Source: a virus
Lineage: Duplodnaviria > Caudoviricetes
DNA: 26,114 bases
Reading direction: 5' to 3' (one strand)
Virus record (IMG/VR): IMGVR_UViG_3300020264_000041
Coordinates: 1-26,114 of that record
Shown here: positions 15,890 to 24,975 of the stretch, piece by piece
How positions within the stretch are numbered: the first letter of the stretch is position 1
Layout of the letters: each line of letters starts with the position of its first letter
Translations under genes and position numbers: made by a program
Notes under the pieces: generated by a model
The model's input: the letters and a program-made list of their open reading frames with translations, nothing else
The model's database searches: none
What the model was told of the DNA's origin: nothing

Positions 15890-16321
15890 CTATGTCAGTG
15901 TTAAGATACCGTTAGTTCCAATATCTATTGTAAATGTGTCACCATCATTAAGGGTAAGCGATGATCCATAATCATAATACCCAATAATAGGATCCGCTGG
16001 TGATGTTGGCGTATCATCATAAACAATCACATATTGAAAAGCAGCTACCGCGCCACCTGATGCCGTCAAGACTAAGTCATCGGCAGATAACTTATATGTT
16101 CCTGATGTTTGTGTGCTTGTAACATTTGCTAATGTTCGTGATGATAGATTTGTGTAAGCAATCTCTGTGATGTTTGCTAGTACACCGTTTCCATCAGCCG
16201 TTGCATCTGTACCCGCTGTTGGGTTAGTATTCGAAAGTGCAATTTTTAGTGTGTCACTATTCAAATCCATTACGTTAGCTAAGTTAGCAACAAAGTCATT
16301 TACTTTTGTAAAACTTGCCAT
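15890..16321 (-). CDS. Conserved virion structural protein
   Basis: 143 aa; LKIALSN, IGYYDYGSSLTL..G.TFTID, GILTLT; AGGAG RBS. Confidence 0.7.
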   Translation of the reverse strand: MASFTKVNDFVANLANVMDLNSDTLKIALSNTNPTAGTDATADGNGVLANITEIAYTNLSSRTLANVTSTQTSGTYKLSADDLVLTASGGAVAAFQYVIVYDDTPTSPADPIIGYYDYGSSLTLNDGDTFTIDIGTNGILTLT

Positions 16322-16942
16322 TTATCCAAAACTCCTAATTCTCATTCTGTGGCCTGATCCGCTGGACTTAGCCTGTTGGTCTTCCATGTTTGTACCACTT
16401 ATTGCGTTTTGATACAACTCTGCCCACACTTTCGTCCGGGCGTCTTCACCTAAGTATGGAGCACTATGAGTTAGAGCTCCGTAAAGGTAAATATCTGGGT
16501 AATAAGTTAAAACCCAATTTGTCGTAATACTACTGCTCAACGCATCTATTCTTTCGTAATAAAGCATCTCAATAGTGTAGTCCTGATCTGGAGTTGGATA
16601 AACTTCAAATGATCCATCTACCGGGGCATAAAATCTCGGAGTTCCTGAAGCATTACTTTCGGACCTTTTATCCATTAACTCTGCAAGCGTTATAAGCTCT
16701 AATCTAAATTCTGTAGTACCCGTTAACATCAGGCGTATGCCTTCAATATAGTCAGTTGGGAAAGCTGTATATTGAGTATCTAAAAGAGCGACTTTACGGC
16801 TCTCCATTCTCCAATGCCTAAGCTTTCTATTCATATCAGCTTCGGCTAAAGTTATAAAATCAGGAATAACTGAAGTAAGATCATCACGATTTAAAAAATC
16901 TGCTATAGAATTTTTTAAGTCGGTATAGTTTGCAATACTCAT
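16322..16942 (-). CDS. Head-tail adaptor protein
   Basis: NYTDLKNSIADFLNRDDLT, IPDFITLAEA, GTPRFY, PTPD, PDIYLYGAL motifs. Confidence 0.82.
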   Translation of the reverse strand: MSIANYTDLKNSIADFLNRDDLTSVIPDFITLAEADMNRKLRHWRMESRKVALLDTQYTAFPTDYIEGIRLMLTGTTEFRLELITLAELMDKRSESNASGTPRFYAPVDGSFEVYPTPDQDYTIEMLYYERIDALSSSITTNWVLTYYPDIYLYGALTHSAPYLGEDARTKVWAELYQNAISGTNMEDQQAKSSGSGHRMRIRSFG

Positions 16943-17238
16943 AACGTGCTTTCTCTTGTTCTAGTCCATGCATTATCGCTATCGTTAAGCCACTTAAATA
17001 ATGCCTTAGGATCGTCAGCAATGCCTTTACGCTTTAGCTCATAGTATATTGGAAGCGGTATTGAAGCAACTTTATTAACATCCTTATGTCTTTTATCCAT
17101 GTTGTTTCTTTGCTTCTTATTCGCCTCTACAATCGGCTTAACGTCCATGACTGTCTCAACGACATACTCACCCTTATCAGTGACGTGCCAGTATTTTTTA
17201 ATTCCCGTTACTGGATCGTAATCCCATAATCTTTTCAT
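16939..17238 (-). CDS. Conserved hypothetical protein downstream of the capsid gene
   Basis: 99 aa; KVASIP and KWLNDSDN motifs; ATGA-coupled to the adaptor. Confidence 0.75.
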   Translation of the reverse strand: MKRLWDYDPVTGIKKYWHVTDKGEYVVETVMDVKPIVEANKKQRNNMDKRHKDVNKVASIPLPIYYELKRKGIADDPKALFKWLNDSDNAWTRTRESTL

Positions 17239-17265
17239 ATTGTATAAGTCCTTGTTTTTAAAGGG

Positions 17266-17305
17266 CTATTCCCAGGGAATAGGGGCAACAGTTAAGCTGC
17301 CCCTA
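17266..17305 (-). terminator. Post-capsid hairpin (leaky terminator) overlapping a palindrome
   Basis: Minus strand TAGGGGCAGC-TTAACT-GTTGCCCCTA (one G:U pair); poor U tract; CTATTCCC-A-GGGAATAG at 17266-17282. Confidence 0.65.
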
Positions 17306-17311
17306 AAGATT

Positions 17312-18268
17312 TTATGATGTTGTAAGATCGAACACGCCTGCATGTCCAGCCTGATTGGTAACCTGAAGTCCCATCTCGCCGATGACCATTTTTCGGGTTG
17401 CGTCCCCGGTCTTGGCAAGATCAACAGTCTGGATAGGACGTAGAACTGCGATTTCTGCTAACTCTGGGTCGAGCAAAAATGCATCACGCTCTCTTTGGAA
17501 TAAGTTGACAACACAACTTAGGCTTCCAAAATCTGACAGATACACATCAGCCGCACCAATAATTGTAGTTGGTGCATCTGATGGAGCCATGTAACGCTGT
17601 GCAGCGATACCAGCAAAACCTGATACAGCGGTTTTGTTGAATGGGCCAGTCATCAAGATTGTTGGCTTACCACCAGCGCTATATGCGCTCTGCATTGCTG
17701 ATTTAACCATAGTCTCAGTAAAGGCAGCTTGTGTGCCGTCTGTACGAGCGTCGGTTCCGTCACCAGTTGGGCTTGCGCCACCTGATCCAAAAACGTCGTT
17801 AGTTGCAATCCATGCACCTAAGCCAGCAGTCTCACGTGGCGTACTTGTGTTCCCGGCGACCTGAGCATTATTATCCGTGAAAACCGCCTCGTAATCTCGC
17901 CGAAGTTCTTTTCCGCGCTTCGCGATTTGCATGGCCATTTCATCGCTTCGCCCTGCTAACGATTGGTCAGAAAGGTTGTCAGCGACGATAGCTGTTCTAC
18001 GCAAAATATGCGTATAGTTGCCGACACGAGTTGTTGCTGCGGTAGCATCGTAGGTAGTTCCTACGTCATCGCCATCAGCTCTCGCGGTTTTGTCGGTTGA
18101 GTTTAATGAGTCAGTTTGCCACTCAAAATATGTGTTAGAAACATTGACGCTTCCAACATTACTTTGCAGAGGGACCTCTTCAGGTGAAATCGAACTTATA
18201 ACGTCCGAAAGTTGTTCACGAATACCTTTGGCATCAAAGGATGTGAACGTATTTGTAATGATAGCCAT
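17312..18268 (-). CDS. Major capsid protein (DUF5309/SU10-like)
   Basis: GIREQLSDVI..ISPEEVP, FEWQTDSL, DVYLSDFG, LAKTGD motifs; GGAGG RBS; follows the scaffold. Confidence 0.93.
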   Translation of the reverse strand: MAIITNTFTSFDAKGIREQLSDVISSISPEEVPLQSNVGSVNVSNTYFEWQTDSLNSTDKTARADGDDVGTTYDATAATTRVGNYTHILRRTAIVADNLSDQSLAGRSDEMAMQIAKRGKELRRDYEAVFTDNNAQVAGNTSTPRETAGLGAWIATNDVFGSGGASPTGDGTDARTDGTQAAFTETMVKSAMQSAYSAGGKPTILMTGPFNKTAVSGFAGIAAQRYMAPSDAPTTIIGAADVYLSDFGSLSCVVNLFQRERDAFLLDPELAEIAVLRPIQTVDLAKTGDATRKMVIGEMGLQVTNQAGHAGVFDLTTS

Positions 18269-18277
18269 GTTGGCCTC

Positions 18278-19291
18278 CTAGAGTAAAGTTTTAATTGCGG
18301 CAGCGGCGTCAGCCACTCTGCCAGTTTGACGTGCGCGTTGTAGCGCTTGTGTTTGCTCACTCTTTGGTTTTGGTTGCGTGTTACGAGATCCAGCTCTTAG
18401 AGTTCGGGACTGTTGCTTCTTAGGCTTAGTCTTTGCCTGCGTCGCTTTAGTTTGCCCTTTATCATACAGCATGGCTTTCCTCGCTACTTTTACAAGCGTC
18501 GCATTCGTAAGGCCGCTAATGTCTTGCTCTGAAAATCCTTCGCCAAGAAGGAAGTCTCGAACCTCTTTAGCCTCAGTTGATGCAACCTTGGTATCACGCC
18601 ACTCCGGGATTAAGTCAGGCAAGATTTCTCGCTGTTGCGCTTGATATTGCAATTGCATATTATACATACGCTCTTGCTCTACCTGTTGCATTCGCTCACG
18701 CTCTGCTTTCACGGCTTCGATTTGAGTTTGCCTCTCCTCTTGCTGCTTCTGCCAAGCGCGTTCTGCCTTCCTTGCCATATTAGGATCCTGATCATACAGA
18801 ATGTCCCAATCTGGCTCCTGTTCCTTTTGCTCTAGACGCTCCTGCAAAGCAGGGAGCATTTGAGCATATTGAGCACGTTCACGCTCCATCTCAATTGCTT
18901 GAGCTTCGACTGATTTTCTGTATTCAGCAAGCTCTTGAGTTTTGCGTGTATAATCTCTTTGCCTTAGGTTTCCACGTCTTAACTCTTCAACAGTTATCTC
19001 CTCGCCGTCTACTTCGACTACTTGTCCAAGTATGTCCAGAGATGTGTCTTCAAGTTCTTCTGCTTCCGCTTCGACTTCAAGATCGTCTTCAGGCGCTTGC
19101 GCGTCCTCCGACATTTCGACTTCTTCTACGGGCTGTTCAACTTGTTCTTCAACTTGTTCAACTTCAGTAGCTTCAGTCTCAAGCGCAACTTGTTCCTCCG
19201 TCACGGTATCCTCTTGGGGCGTTAGTAAGGCTTTAATTGCATTTCTTGCGGTGTTCAGATCAGTCCCTCTCGGGTTGTTGGCTTCTGACAT
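18278..19291 (-). CDS. Capsid scaffolding protein
   Basis: Acidic N-terminus; VDGEEITVEEL..G.LRQRDYTRKTQELAE; IPEW; DAAAAI C-terminus. Confidence 0.9.
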   Translation of the reverse strand: MSEANNPRGTDLNTARNAIKALLTPQEDTVTEEQVALETEATEVEQVEEQVEQPVEEVEMSEDAQAPEDDLEVEAEAEELEDTSLDILGQVVEVDGEEITVEELRRGNLRQRDYTRKTQELAEYRKSVEAQAIEMERERAQYAQMLPALQERLEQKEQEPDWDILYDQDPNMARKAERAWQKQQEERQTQIEAVKAERERMQQVEQERMYNMQLQYQAQQREILPDLIPEWRDTKVASTEAKEVRDFLLGEGFSEQDISGLTNATLVKVARKAMLYDKGQTKATQAKTKPKKQQSRTLRAGSRNTQPKPKSEQTQALQRARQTGRVADAAAAIKTLL

Positions 19292-19313
19292 TGCGTTAAC
19301 TCCGTATTATGCG

Positions 19314-19559
19314 CTATTTTTTGTTTTTTTCAATAGTCGCGTTTTGCTTCAATCTGTGCAGCATAGTTTTTACATTTTCAATGCCGCACGCTCTACCAAA
19401 AATAACCTCCCGGCCATCCTTGTCACTGGGGTTAGAGCTTTTAAACTCTTCCCAGATCTCTGCTTCCAGCTCATCAAGAAAACGGGGTAATTCGCTATTT
19501 AAAAGCCTCTCAGCTTCTAGCCCGTCGTCTATGACTTGCTGTCTAGTTTTCTTCGTCAT
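19314..19559 (-). CDS. Conserved small protein between portal and scaffold
   Basis: 81 aa helical protein; G.EAERLL...W.......RE pattern; synteny. Confidence 0.75.
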   Translation of the reverse strand: MTKKTRQQVIDDGLEAERLLNSELPRFLDELEAEIWEEFKSSNPSDKDGREVIFGRACGIENVKTMLHRLKQNATIEKNKK

Positions 19560-21672
19560 CTATAGCGCCCTTCACTACATCAGCCTGAGCTTTCATAACT
19601 TCACGATTAATCGCTAGATCAGATCTGATTTTCTCGACGTTTAATTGTGTGCCATATTTAGCCTTCATCTCTTCGGCTTTTACAAACAATTCAGCATCAA
19701 GCTCATCTCGCTTACGATCATCATCCATCATCATTTTTTCACGCTCTAAGTTGAGCTCTGCCGCCTTCTTCTGAATGTCGGCTTGTATCTGTTGGATCTG
19801 AACGGCGATAAGCTGCTCGTTAATGTCTGGTTTATCGTCTTTTGGAGGTGGCTGGAATTGTGCCGGGTCACTCCAGAATTGCGAGGTATCTTTAAACCCG
19901 GCAAGCTCTGTCATAGCCTTCAGTGTGTTGGCCAGTTTATTTATGTCAGTAAGTGGGTTTACGGCGCCCATAGTCTGCATCGCCTCTCTCTGCATCTCAC
20001 CAATCTGTTTGAGCATCAACATACGCTCTGTGTCTGTGCCACGCCCAAGCGCGACACGGACGGACACGTCCATATTGCTATTCCAAGTACGGGGATCTAT
20101 CGGGATAAAATCGTTAGTCAGCCGTACCATGCGAGGCGCGTCTTGGTGCGTGGTTAATAGGTGTAAAACAATTTTATAGAGTTGCTTCATTCCAGTCTCG
20201 GCAAAGATGCGTGCGATTAGCTCTATGTGCTGTTGTGCTGCGCTCACAGTGGCGTTAACGGCTGCCGCTGTAGAAGACTGCAACGCGCCTGCATCGAGCC
20301 CTGCGGAGGCTTTAGAGATGCCTGTCCGGGCCTCTTTTAGCTCATCCATATACTTGAGAACTGGGAATGCTTGCTGGCCGACAAAAGGCATACTAAGCAT
20401 TTGAACGGCTCCATTTGCTCTCTGACGGATTATGGAGCCCACCTCAGTAGACATAGCATCATCTATATTTACCATACCCTCAGTGATCGCCATGCGTGGG
20501 TGAATAGACATTGAGAGACTGTCTAGAGTATTACGCATGATAGAAGATTTAATTTTCTGTATATCCATGACGGCGTCGGCGACACTCATACCGAAGAAAT
20601 CGTGAGCCTCTGGATCCGGGCAAAATACAGCAAACGGAATGACTGAACATGGCTCGTTCATAAGAACAATACTTTCATCACCAACCGTACATATTTTTCT
20701 TAATTCTGCTATGCCATCCTGATCATAATCGACTTTTATGTAACTTTCGACATATAGAACTTTTTTCATTGCCGGATCATTACGGTCATTCATTTCGTTT
20801 GTTAAAGCTTTGTTTCTGGTGTAGCGCTCTATATTGCTTTCCATATCGTCATAGTTTGCGCCAGCTTCTGATACGACGTCATAATCATATCCCATAGCTA
20901 CAAGCTCTGAGACAGTCATAACTCGACGGTGACCGACATATGATGCCTGTTCTAATGACTTAGCTTCCCGGGAAATTAAGAACTCCTCAGGTGGGACGGC
21001 TTCCATCTTAACTCTACCGTCCGGGTGAGTGTATGTAGCCCTCACTGAGTGCACCATTGGAGGCGGTAGCATTGCACCTGTCATCTGGTCCATCATAGGC
21101 TCACCGACTTGCTTAGAGGCTAGGACCTCAACATCAACACTAGCATCCGACATAAGAGCCGCTAAGGCATTATCGTCTAAGCCAGTCCAGTTGTGTGTTT
21201 CAAATTTTGTTTGATCATCCCAGTAACATTTTAAAACACCCACTTTACGAATTAGCGCATCTTTAAAAGCAGCGTGGATCTGTAAAAAACCGTCATTGTC
21301 TCTATTGATAACGTACCGGGCATAATCTGTAGCCTGCTTTGCGGCGTCTATATCTTCAGGTCCTTGAGGGGCGTATTCTACCGTATTTTCAGTAGAATTA
21401 AAAATACGCATTAAAGATGGCATGATGGCTTGTACGGTATCCCGTACGTCCATGCTTACAATTTGTGATCGCCCGGCCTCTTCATTACCAAAGGGGTCGC
21501 CTCTATAATATTCAGTGGCGGTGGCGCGTAGTGGAGACACCCAGTTATCGATAAAATCGATACTGTCTTCTATCTCTTTTGACACGATGCCTTTTAACTC
21601 TTCGTCATCCATTACCATCGGATCGAGTTCGGCTTCTAGTGCTGATACTATTTCATCTATTTCTTTTTCCAT
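19543..21672 (-). CDS. Portal protein (P22-like)
   Basis: 709 aa; EYYRG, GRSQIVSMDVRDTV..IMPSLMRIF, VPPEEFLISR, RIFAETG; Gln-rich C-terminal coiled coil. Confidence 0.95.
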   Translation of the reverse strand: MEKEIDEIVSALEAELDPMVMDDEELKGIVSKEIEDSIDFIDNWVSPLRATATEYYRGDPFGNEEAGRSQIVSMDVRDTVQAIMPSLMRIFNSTENTVEYAPQGPEDIDAAKQATDYARYVINRDNDGFLQIHAAFKDALIRKVGVLKCYWDDQTKFETHNWTGLDDNALAALMSDASVDVEVLASKQVGEPMMDQMTGAMLPPPMVHSVRATYTHPDGRVKMEAVPPEEFLISREAKSLEQASYVGHRRVMTVSELVAMGYDYDVVSEAGANYDDMESNIERYTRNKALTNEMNDRNDPAMKKVLYVESYIKVDYDQDGIAELRKICTVGDESIVLMNEPCSVIPFAVFCPDPEAHDFFGMSVADAVMDIQKIKSSIMRNTLDSLSMSIHPRMAITEGMVNIDDAMSTEVGSIIRQRANGAVQMLSMPFVGQQAFPVLKYMDELKEARTGISKASAGLDAGALQSSTAAAVNATVSAAQQHIELIARIFAETGMKQLYKIVLHLLTTHQDAPRMVRLTNDFIPIDPRTWNSNMDVSVRVALGRGTDTERMLMLKQIGEMQREAMQTMGAVNPLTDINKLANTLKAMTELAGFKDTSQFWSDPAQFQPPPKDDKPDINEQLIAVQIQQIQADIQKKAAELNLEREKMMMDDDRKRDELDAELFVKAEEMKAKYGTQLNVEKIRSDLAINREVMKAQADVVKGAIDDEEN

Positions 21673-21677
21673 ATCTT

Positions 21678-22157
21678 CTACTCCAAAAGCCCTTTAATTT
21701 TTCTAGCGCCAAACTTACCGGCTGCACCGGCTGGCGCGATGAAGCTCATTAAAATATCGCCGAATGCTAATGAACTGTTTTTAAGTCTACCTAACGTATC
21801 GCCTTGCTCTTGTGCATATTGTGCATCTCTTAATCTATTTCTTACATCATAAAATGTGGGCTCTAAATTAAGAAGCGGAACAAAGTATCTTGCCTCAGCT
21901 AAAAATTTAGCCTGCATAGGGTCATATCCTCTATCAATAGCGCCCTTATATGTTCTTTCTAATGCCGGGTTATCTCCAATCATATCTAAGAACGATCCTA
22001 AAGACTGCAAATCTTTTTCAGAATATTTAAAGTCACCTCTATCTCTATAAGATCTACCCTGCCTGTCAGTTTTTAAAACAAGTTCTCGGGAAAATGGATC
22101 GACGGTATATTGACCGCCTCCATACGACATATCAAATAATTTTCTAAAATCGCTCAT
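21678..22157 (-). CDS. Hypothetical protein of the pre-portal cassette (ends KGLLE)
   Basis: 159 aa; TAATG-coupled to the upstream gene. Confidence 0.75.
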   Translation of the reverse strand: MSDFRKLFDMSYGGGQYTVDPFSRELVLKTDRQGRSYRDRGDFKYSEKDLQSLGSFLDMIGDNPALERTYKGAIDRGYDPMQAKFLAEARYFVPLLNLEPTFYDVRNRLRDAQYAQEQGDTLGRLKNSSLAFGDILMSFIAPAGAAGKFGARKIKGLLE

Positions 22158-22318
22158 TACGCATCGCCTCTTTTTTCGGTGACTTCGACTTTGTATTTTA
22201 TTTGCAAAGGATCGTCAGCATTTAGGGTTTGTAAAATTTTAATTTTATATGATGGATCTGTTTCAAGCAGAGACTTTGAAAAATCATCCATTTCCATTTC
22301 ATAAACTAATGTCGTCAT
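22157..22318 (-). CDS. Small acidic protein (53 aa, MTTLVYEMEMDDFSKS...)
   Basis: ATGA overlap upstream and TAATG overlap downstream; fills the gap exactly. Confidence 0.7.
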   Translation of the reverse strand: MTTLVYEMEMDDFSKSLLETDPSYKIKILQTLNADDPLQIKYKVEVTEKRGDA

Positions 22319-22884
22319 TTTTCTAAAGTCTCCAAGTATTTTAAAATATCCATAAACTGTCCCTCAGGCGGTTTTACAAACTCGGGCACAACAGGATCGA
22401 ATTGTGTAAATACGTTTGGGCGTCCTTTTCTATTTTGTAAACCTAAATATTTTGCAGTCTTTGCCATACTCATAGCCTCAGATATTACCAGATTTGTTAC
22501 CTCATTTGGAGCTAAAGTTATATTTTTATCAGATAGCATATCTTGAATTTTTTCCCGGGCCAAAGGTAAAAATTTATCAGCGTCCGAACTAATATCATAA
22601 AAACCTTCAGCCGGTTTTCTAGTCGTGTGAATAGCGTCACCTAATCCACTTTCTTTAGAATATCCCTCTGACGCCCAGTAACTTTGTGGCGGATATGGAT
22701 CATAAAACTCTTCCGGCTTCTGACGAAATGGAGTTGTTCTAATTCCAGATTTAGCAAGCGCAGCCTCAGCCCCGCGAATATTTTTATTAGTTAAATGCTT
22801 CATAGGATCAATGACGGGGCGCACTTTATCTGAAAAGTGTATAAGATCTAATAAGCCTCTTATCGCCGGGAAAGGATTTACCAT
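22315..22884 (-). CDS. Putative ADP-ribosyltransferase-fold protein (polyvalent-protein type)
   Basis: LIHFS...IDP...IRGAE...SYW...Y.KESGLG...FYDIS.D pattern; fold is inferred. Confidence 0.5.
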   Translation of the reverse strand: MVNPFPAIRGLLDLIHFSDKVRPVIDPMKHLTNKNIRGAEAALAKSGIRTTPFRQKPEEFYDPYPPQSYWASEGYSKESGLGDAIHTTRKPAEGFYDISSDADKFLPLAREKIQDMLSDKNITLAPNEVTNLVISEAMSMAKTAKYLGLQNRKGRPNVFTQFDPVVPEFVKPPEGQFMDILKYLETLEK

Positions 22885-23987
22885 TAGGATCCTCCCCTCT
22901 CTACGGAGCTAAAATAATTTAAAATATCTTGCTGCATATTCTGAGGTATTGTGGCAGCCGTTGTAAGGCCGAATATAGGAATGCTTCCTCTCACCATACC
23001 CTTAACCACCTCTTTAGGCGTCATGCCGGTAATTTTACTGGTTCGCTCGATTGCCTCGTTTACAAACTGGATCATAGGTTTGCCTTTTTTACCCGTGCCT
23101 CCATGCCAGATAACTTCTTGCACGTTTCGAGGATCAGTATCGTATTTCTCGGCTAATCTATGAACAGGCTTTTCGGCTGACCCATAAAAATCTGGGACAG
23201 ATTTTTCAGGTACAACCAGCTTAGTCATTTGCTCATCCATAGTGGCCCGGTCAGCGGCTCCTAAAAAGTTTGTGCTAAAGTTAAATCTTTTAGGATTTGT
23301 TATAGGATCAATCTTACCTCCTTGAGCTCTTAACTTTTCAACCTGTTTAGCATTATTAGCTAAAAACCTACCGCCAACTGGATAGGGATATTGGTTGGAA
23401 GCTTTAGGCAGACCAGTCTTTTTAAAATTCATAAAATTTTCAAATAAAGCAGCTCTAAGGTTTGCCGTTGGGTCCATGCCGCCGGTCCAAGATGCCATGC
23501 TATCAGCAAACATCTTTTTAAACATTTCCTCGCCGGTCCCGGGACCATACTCATCGATGAATTCTTTTTCTAGCTGACCCATGAAATACCATTTATCACT
23601 GTCTGGTATATCTAAGCCTTTTAAGTATGCCTCTTGTAAATTTTTAAAAGCCTCAGGACCGCCATAAAGCTCATCGTATTTTGCAATAGTATCAGGCTTG
23701 GCCGGAATAATTCCTAAAGTTTGGTTTGGCGCGGCAGCCGTAGGATACTTTGTGCGGTCAACGTCAAATCTTTTTGATACGTCAAAAAACGGCTCGTACT
23801 CGCCTTCGTTAATAAGCTTCTGAACTTTTGACATAGCTTTGGATAGTTTTTTCTGCTCTTCAGAAGGAACCTTTTGAGGAAAAACTTTACCTGTTATTTT
23901 GTCAATAGCTTGTACTGGAGGTAGCACTTCAGGGTATCTAACCTTGAATGCTGCTTTCATAATATCGTCTAATAATGATACAACCAT
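22884..23987 (-). CDS. Putative HhH/DNA-glycosylase-like protein
   Basis: 367 aa; WY, PTANLR, PKRFNFSTNFLG...ATMDEQM...Y...A......NVQEVIW pattern. Confidence 0.5.
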   Translation of the reverse strand: MVVSLLDDIMKAAFKVRYPEVLPPVQAIDKITGKVFPQKVPSEEQKKLSKAMSKVQKLINEGEYEPFFDVSKRFDVDRTKYPTAAAPNQTLGIIPAKPDTIAKYDELYGGPEAFKNLQEAYLKGLDIPDSDKWYFMGQLEKEFIDEYGPGTGEEMFKKMFADSMASWTGGMDPTANLRAALFENFMNFKKTGLPKASNQYPYPVGGRFLANNAKQVEKLRAQGGKIDPITNPKRFNFSTNFLGAADRATMDEQMTKLVVPEKSVPDFYGSAEKPVHRLAEKYDTDPRNVQEVIWHGGTGKKGKPMIQFVNEAIERTSKITGMTPKEVVKGMVRGSIPIFGLTTAATIPQNMQQDILNYFSSVERGGS

Positions 23988-24691
23988 TATCTTTTCGTGC
24001 TTTCTAAATATTGAAGAATTTTTTGTAAGTTTTCATATGTAGGTAAATCATAAACGCCTGTTCTTTTATTAATAGCTTCTACCTCTCTTCTAGGTAAAAC
24101 ACGATTAACTTTCATAGAGCCGCCTATTAACCAATCGCCAGTCATGTTAGGATTAGTTTTATATCTGTAAGTTCCTCCATACGGGATCTGATCTTTTATT
24201 TCCGCTGTTTTTAAATTTAAGCCTCCAGACTTTTTTCTTAAAGCTCTAGATAGTGCTTCTGACTGCCAGTCTACATCGTTTGGCATTAATACTTCAGCCC
24301 AAACTTGACTATCTGGTCTGTAGTCAGGCTTCTTTACATTTTTACTAGATTTTCCCCCTATATGGGTAGCTACTGGGTGATCTCCGGCGTGCCATCCAGC
24401 TCTATACGATAATGGCCCTAAACTTGATTTTACTTTTCCCTCAGGTGTCATCATGCCAGCTTCAGCGTCTAACCACTTACCCAAAGGAACTCTTTGTTTA
24501 GCATTAACAAATAAAGGATATAAATTACCTTCTTTATCTGTTCTAAATAATTTGTACCCAGTAATAGTGTTGGTAGGCGCTCCAGTAGGTTTTTTTGGTA
24601 ATTTAGATGGGCGCTTATAAGCCCCCTTCTCAAAATTTTTAATTATTTGAGAAAGTCCATATTTAGCTATATCATCTAAAAGACTGGCCAT
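23987..24691 (-). CDS. Stand-alone polyvalent-protein-type domain (possibly ART-like)
   Basis: GYKLFR...LYPLFV...G.WLDAE...YRAGWH...VWAEV...YRYKTNP...W.IGGSMKVNRVL; start MASLLDD via TAATG overlap. Confidence 0.55.
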   Translation of the reverse strand: MASLLDDIAKYGLSQIIKNFEKGAYKRPSKLPKKPTGAPTNTITGYKLFRTDKEGNLYPLFVNAKQRVPLGKWLDAEAGMMTPEGKVKSSLGPLSYRAGWHAGDHPVATHIGGKSSKNVKKPDYRPDSQVWAEVLMPNDVDWQSEALSRALRKKSGGLNLKTAEIKDQIPYGGTYRYKTNPNMTGDWLIGGSMKVNRVLPRREVEAINKRTGVYDLPTYENLQKILQYLESTKR

Positions 24692-24975
24692 TACCACTTA
24701 GTCCTGTTTGCCCAATATGCTGCCGACATTTTGCCTTTAGCAATATTCTTTGCGTGACGCGCTTTAAATGATTTTCGACGTGCTTTATCTTTCGCCGTCT
24801 TTGGAGACTTCCCGGCTCCACTCACGCCCTGTTGGCCAAAACGAATTGTCTTAACCTTATCGCCCTCTTTAGCGACAACGACGTGACTTTTCTTTGGGTG
24901 ATTAGGCGTGCGCTTCGGCTTGTTGTAGCCGCTAACGCCAGCCCGGGCTAGTCGTGGGTCTTTCTTTTTACTCAT
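24691..24975 (-). CDS. Small highly basic phage protein
   Basis: NKPKRTPNHPKKSHVV, IRFGQQG, RRKSFKARH, SAAYWA motifs; a family I recall from marine phages. Confidence 0.85.
   Translation of the reverse strand: MSKKKDPRLARAGVSGYNKPKRTPNHPKKSHVVVAKEGDKVKTIRFGQQGVSGAGKSPKTAKDKARRKSFKARHAKNIAKGKMSAAYWANRTKW

Noticed and set aside
17382-23577. Numerous plus-strand ORFs over capsid, scaffold, portal and cassette genes
   Set aside because: Antisense shadows of well-supported minus-strand genes
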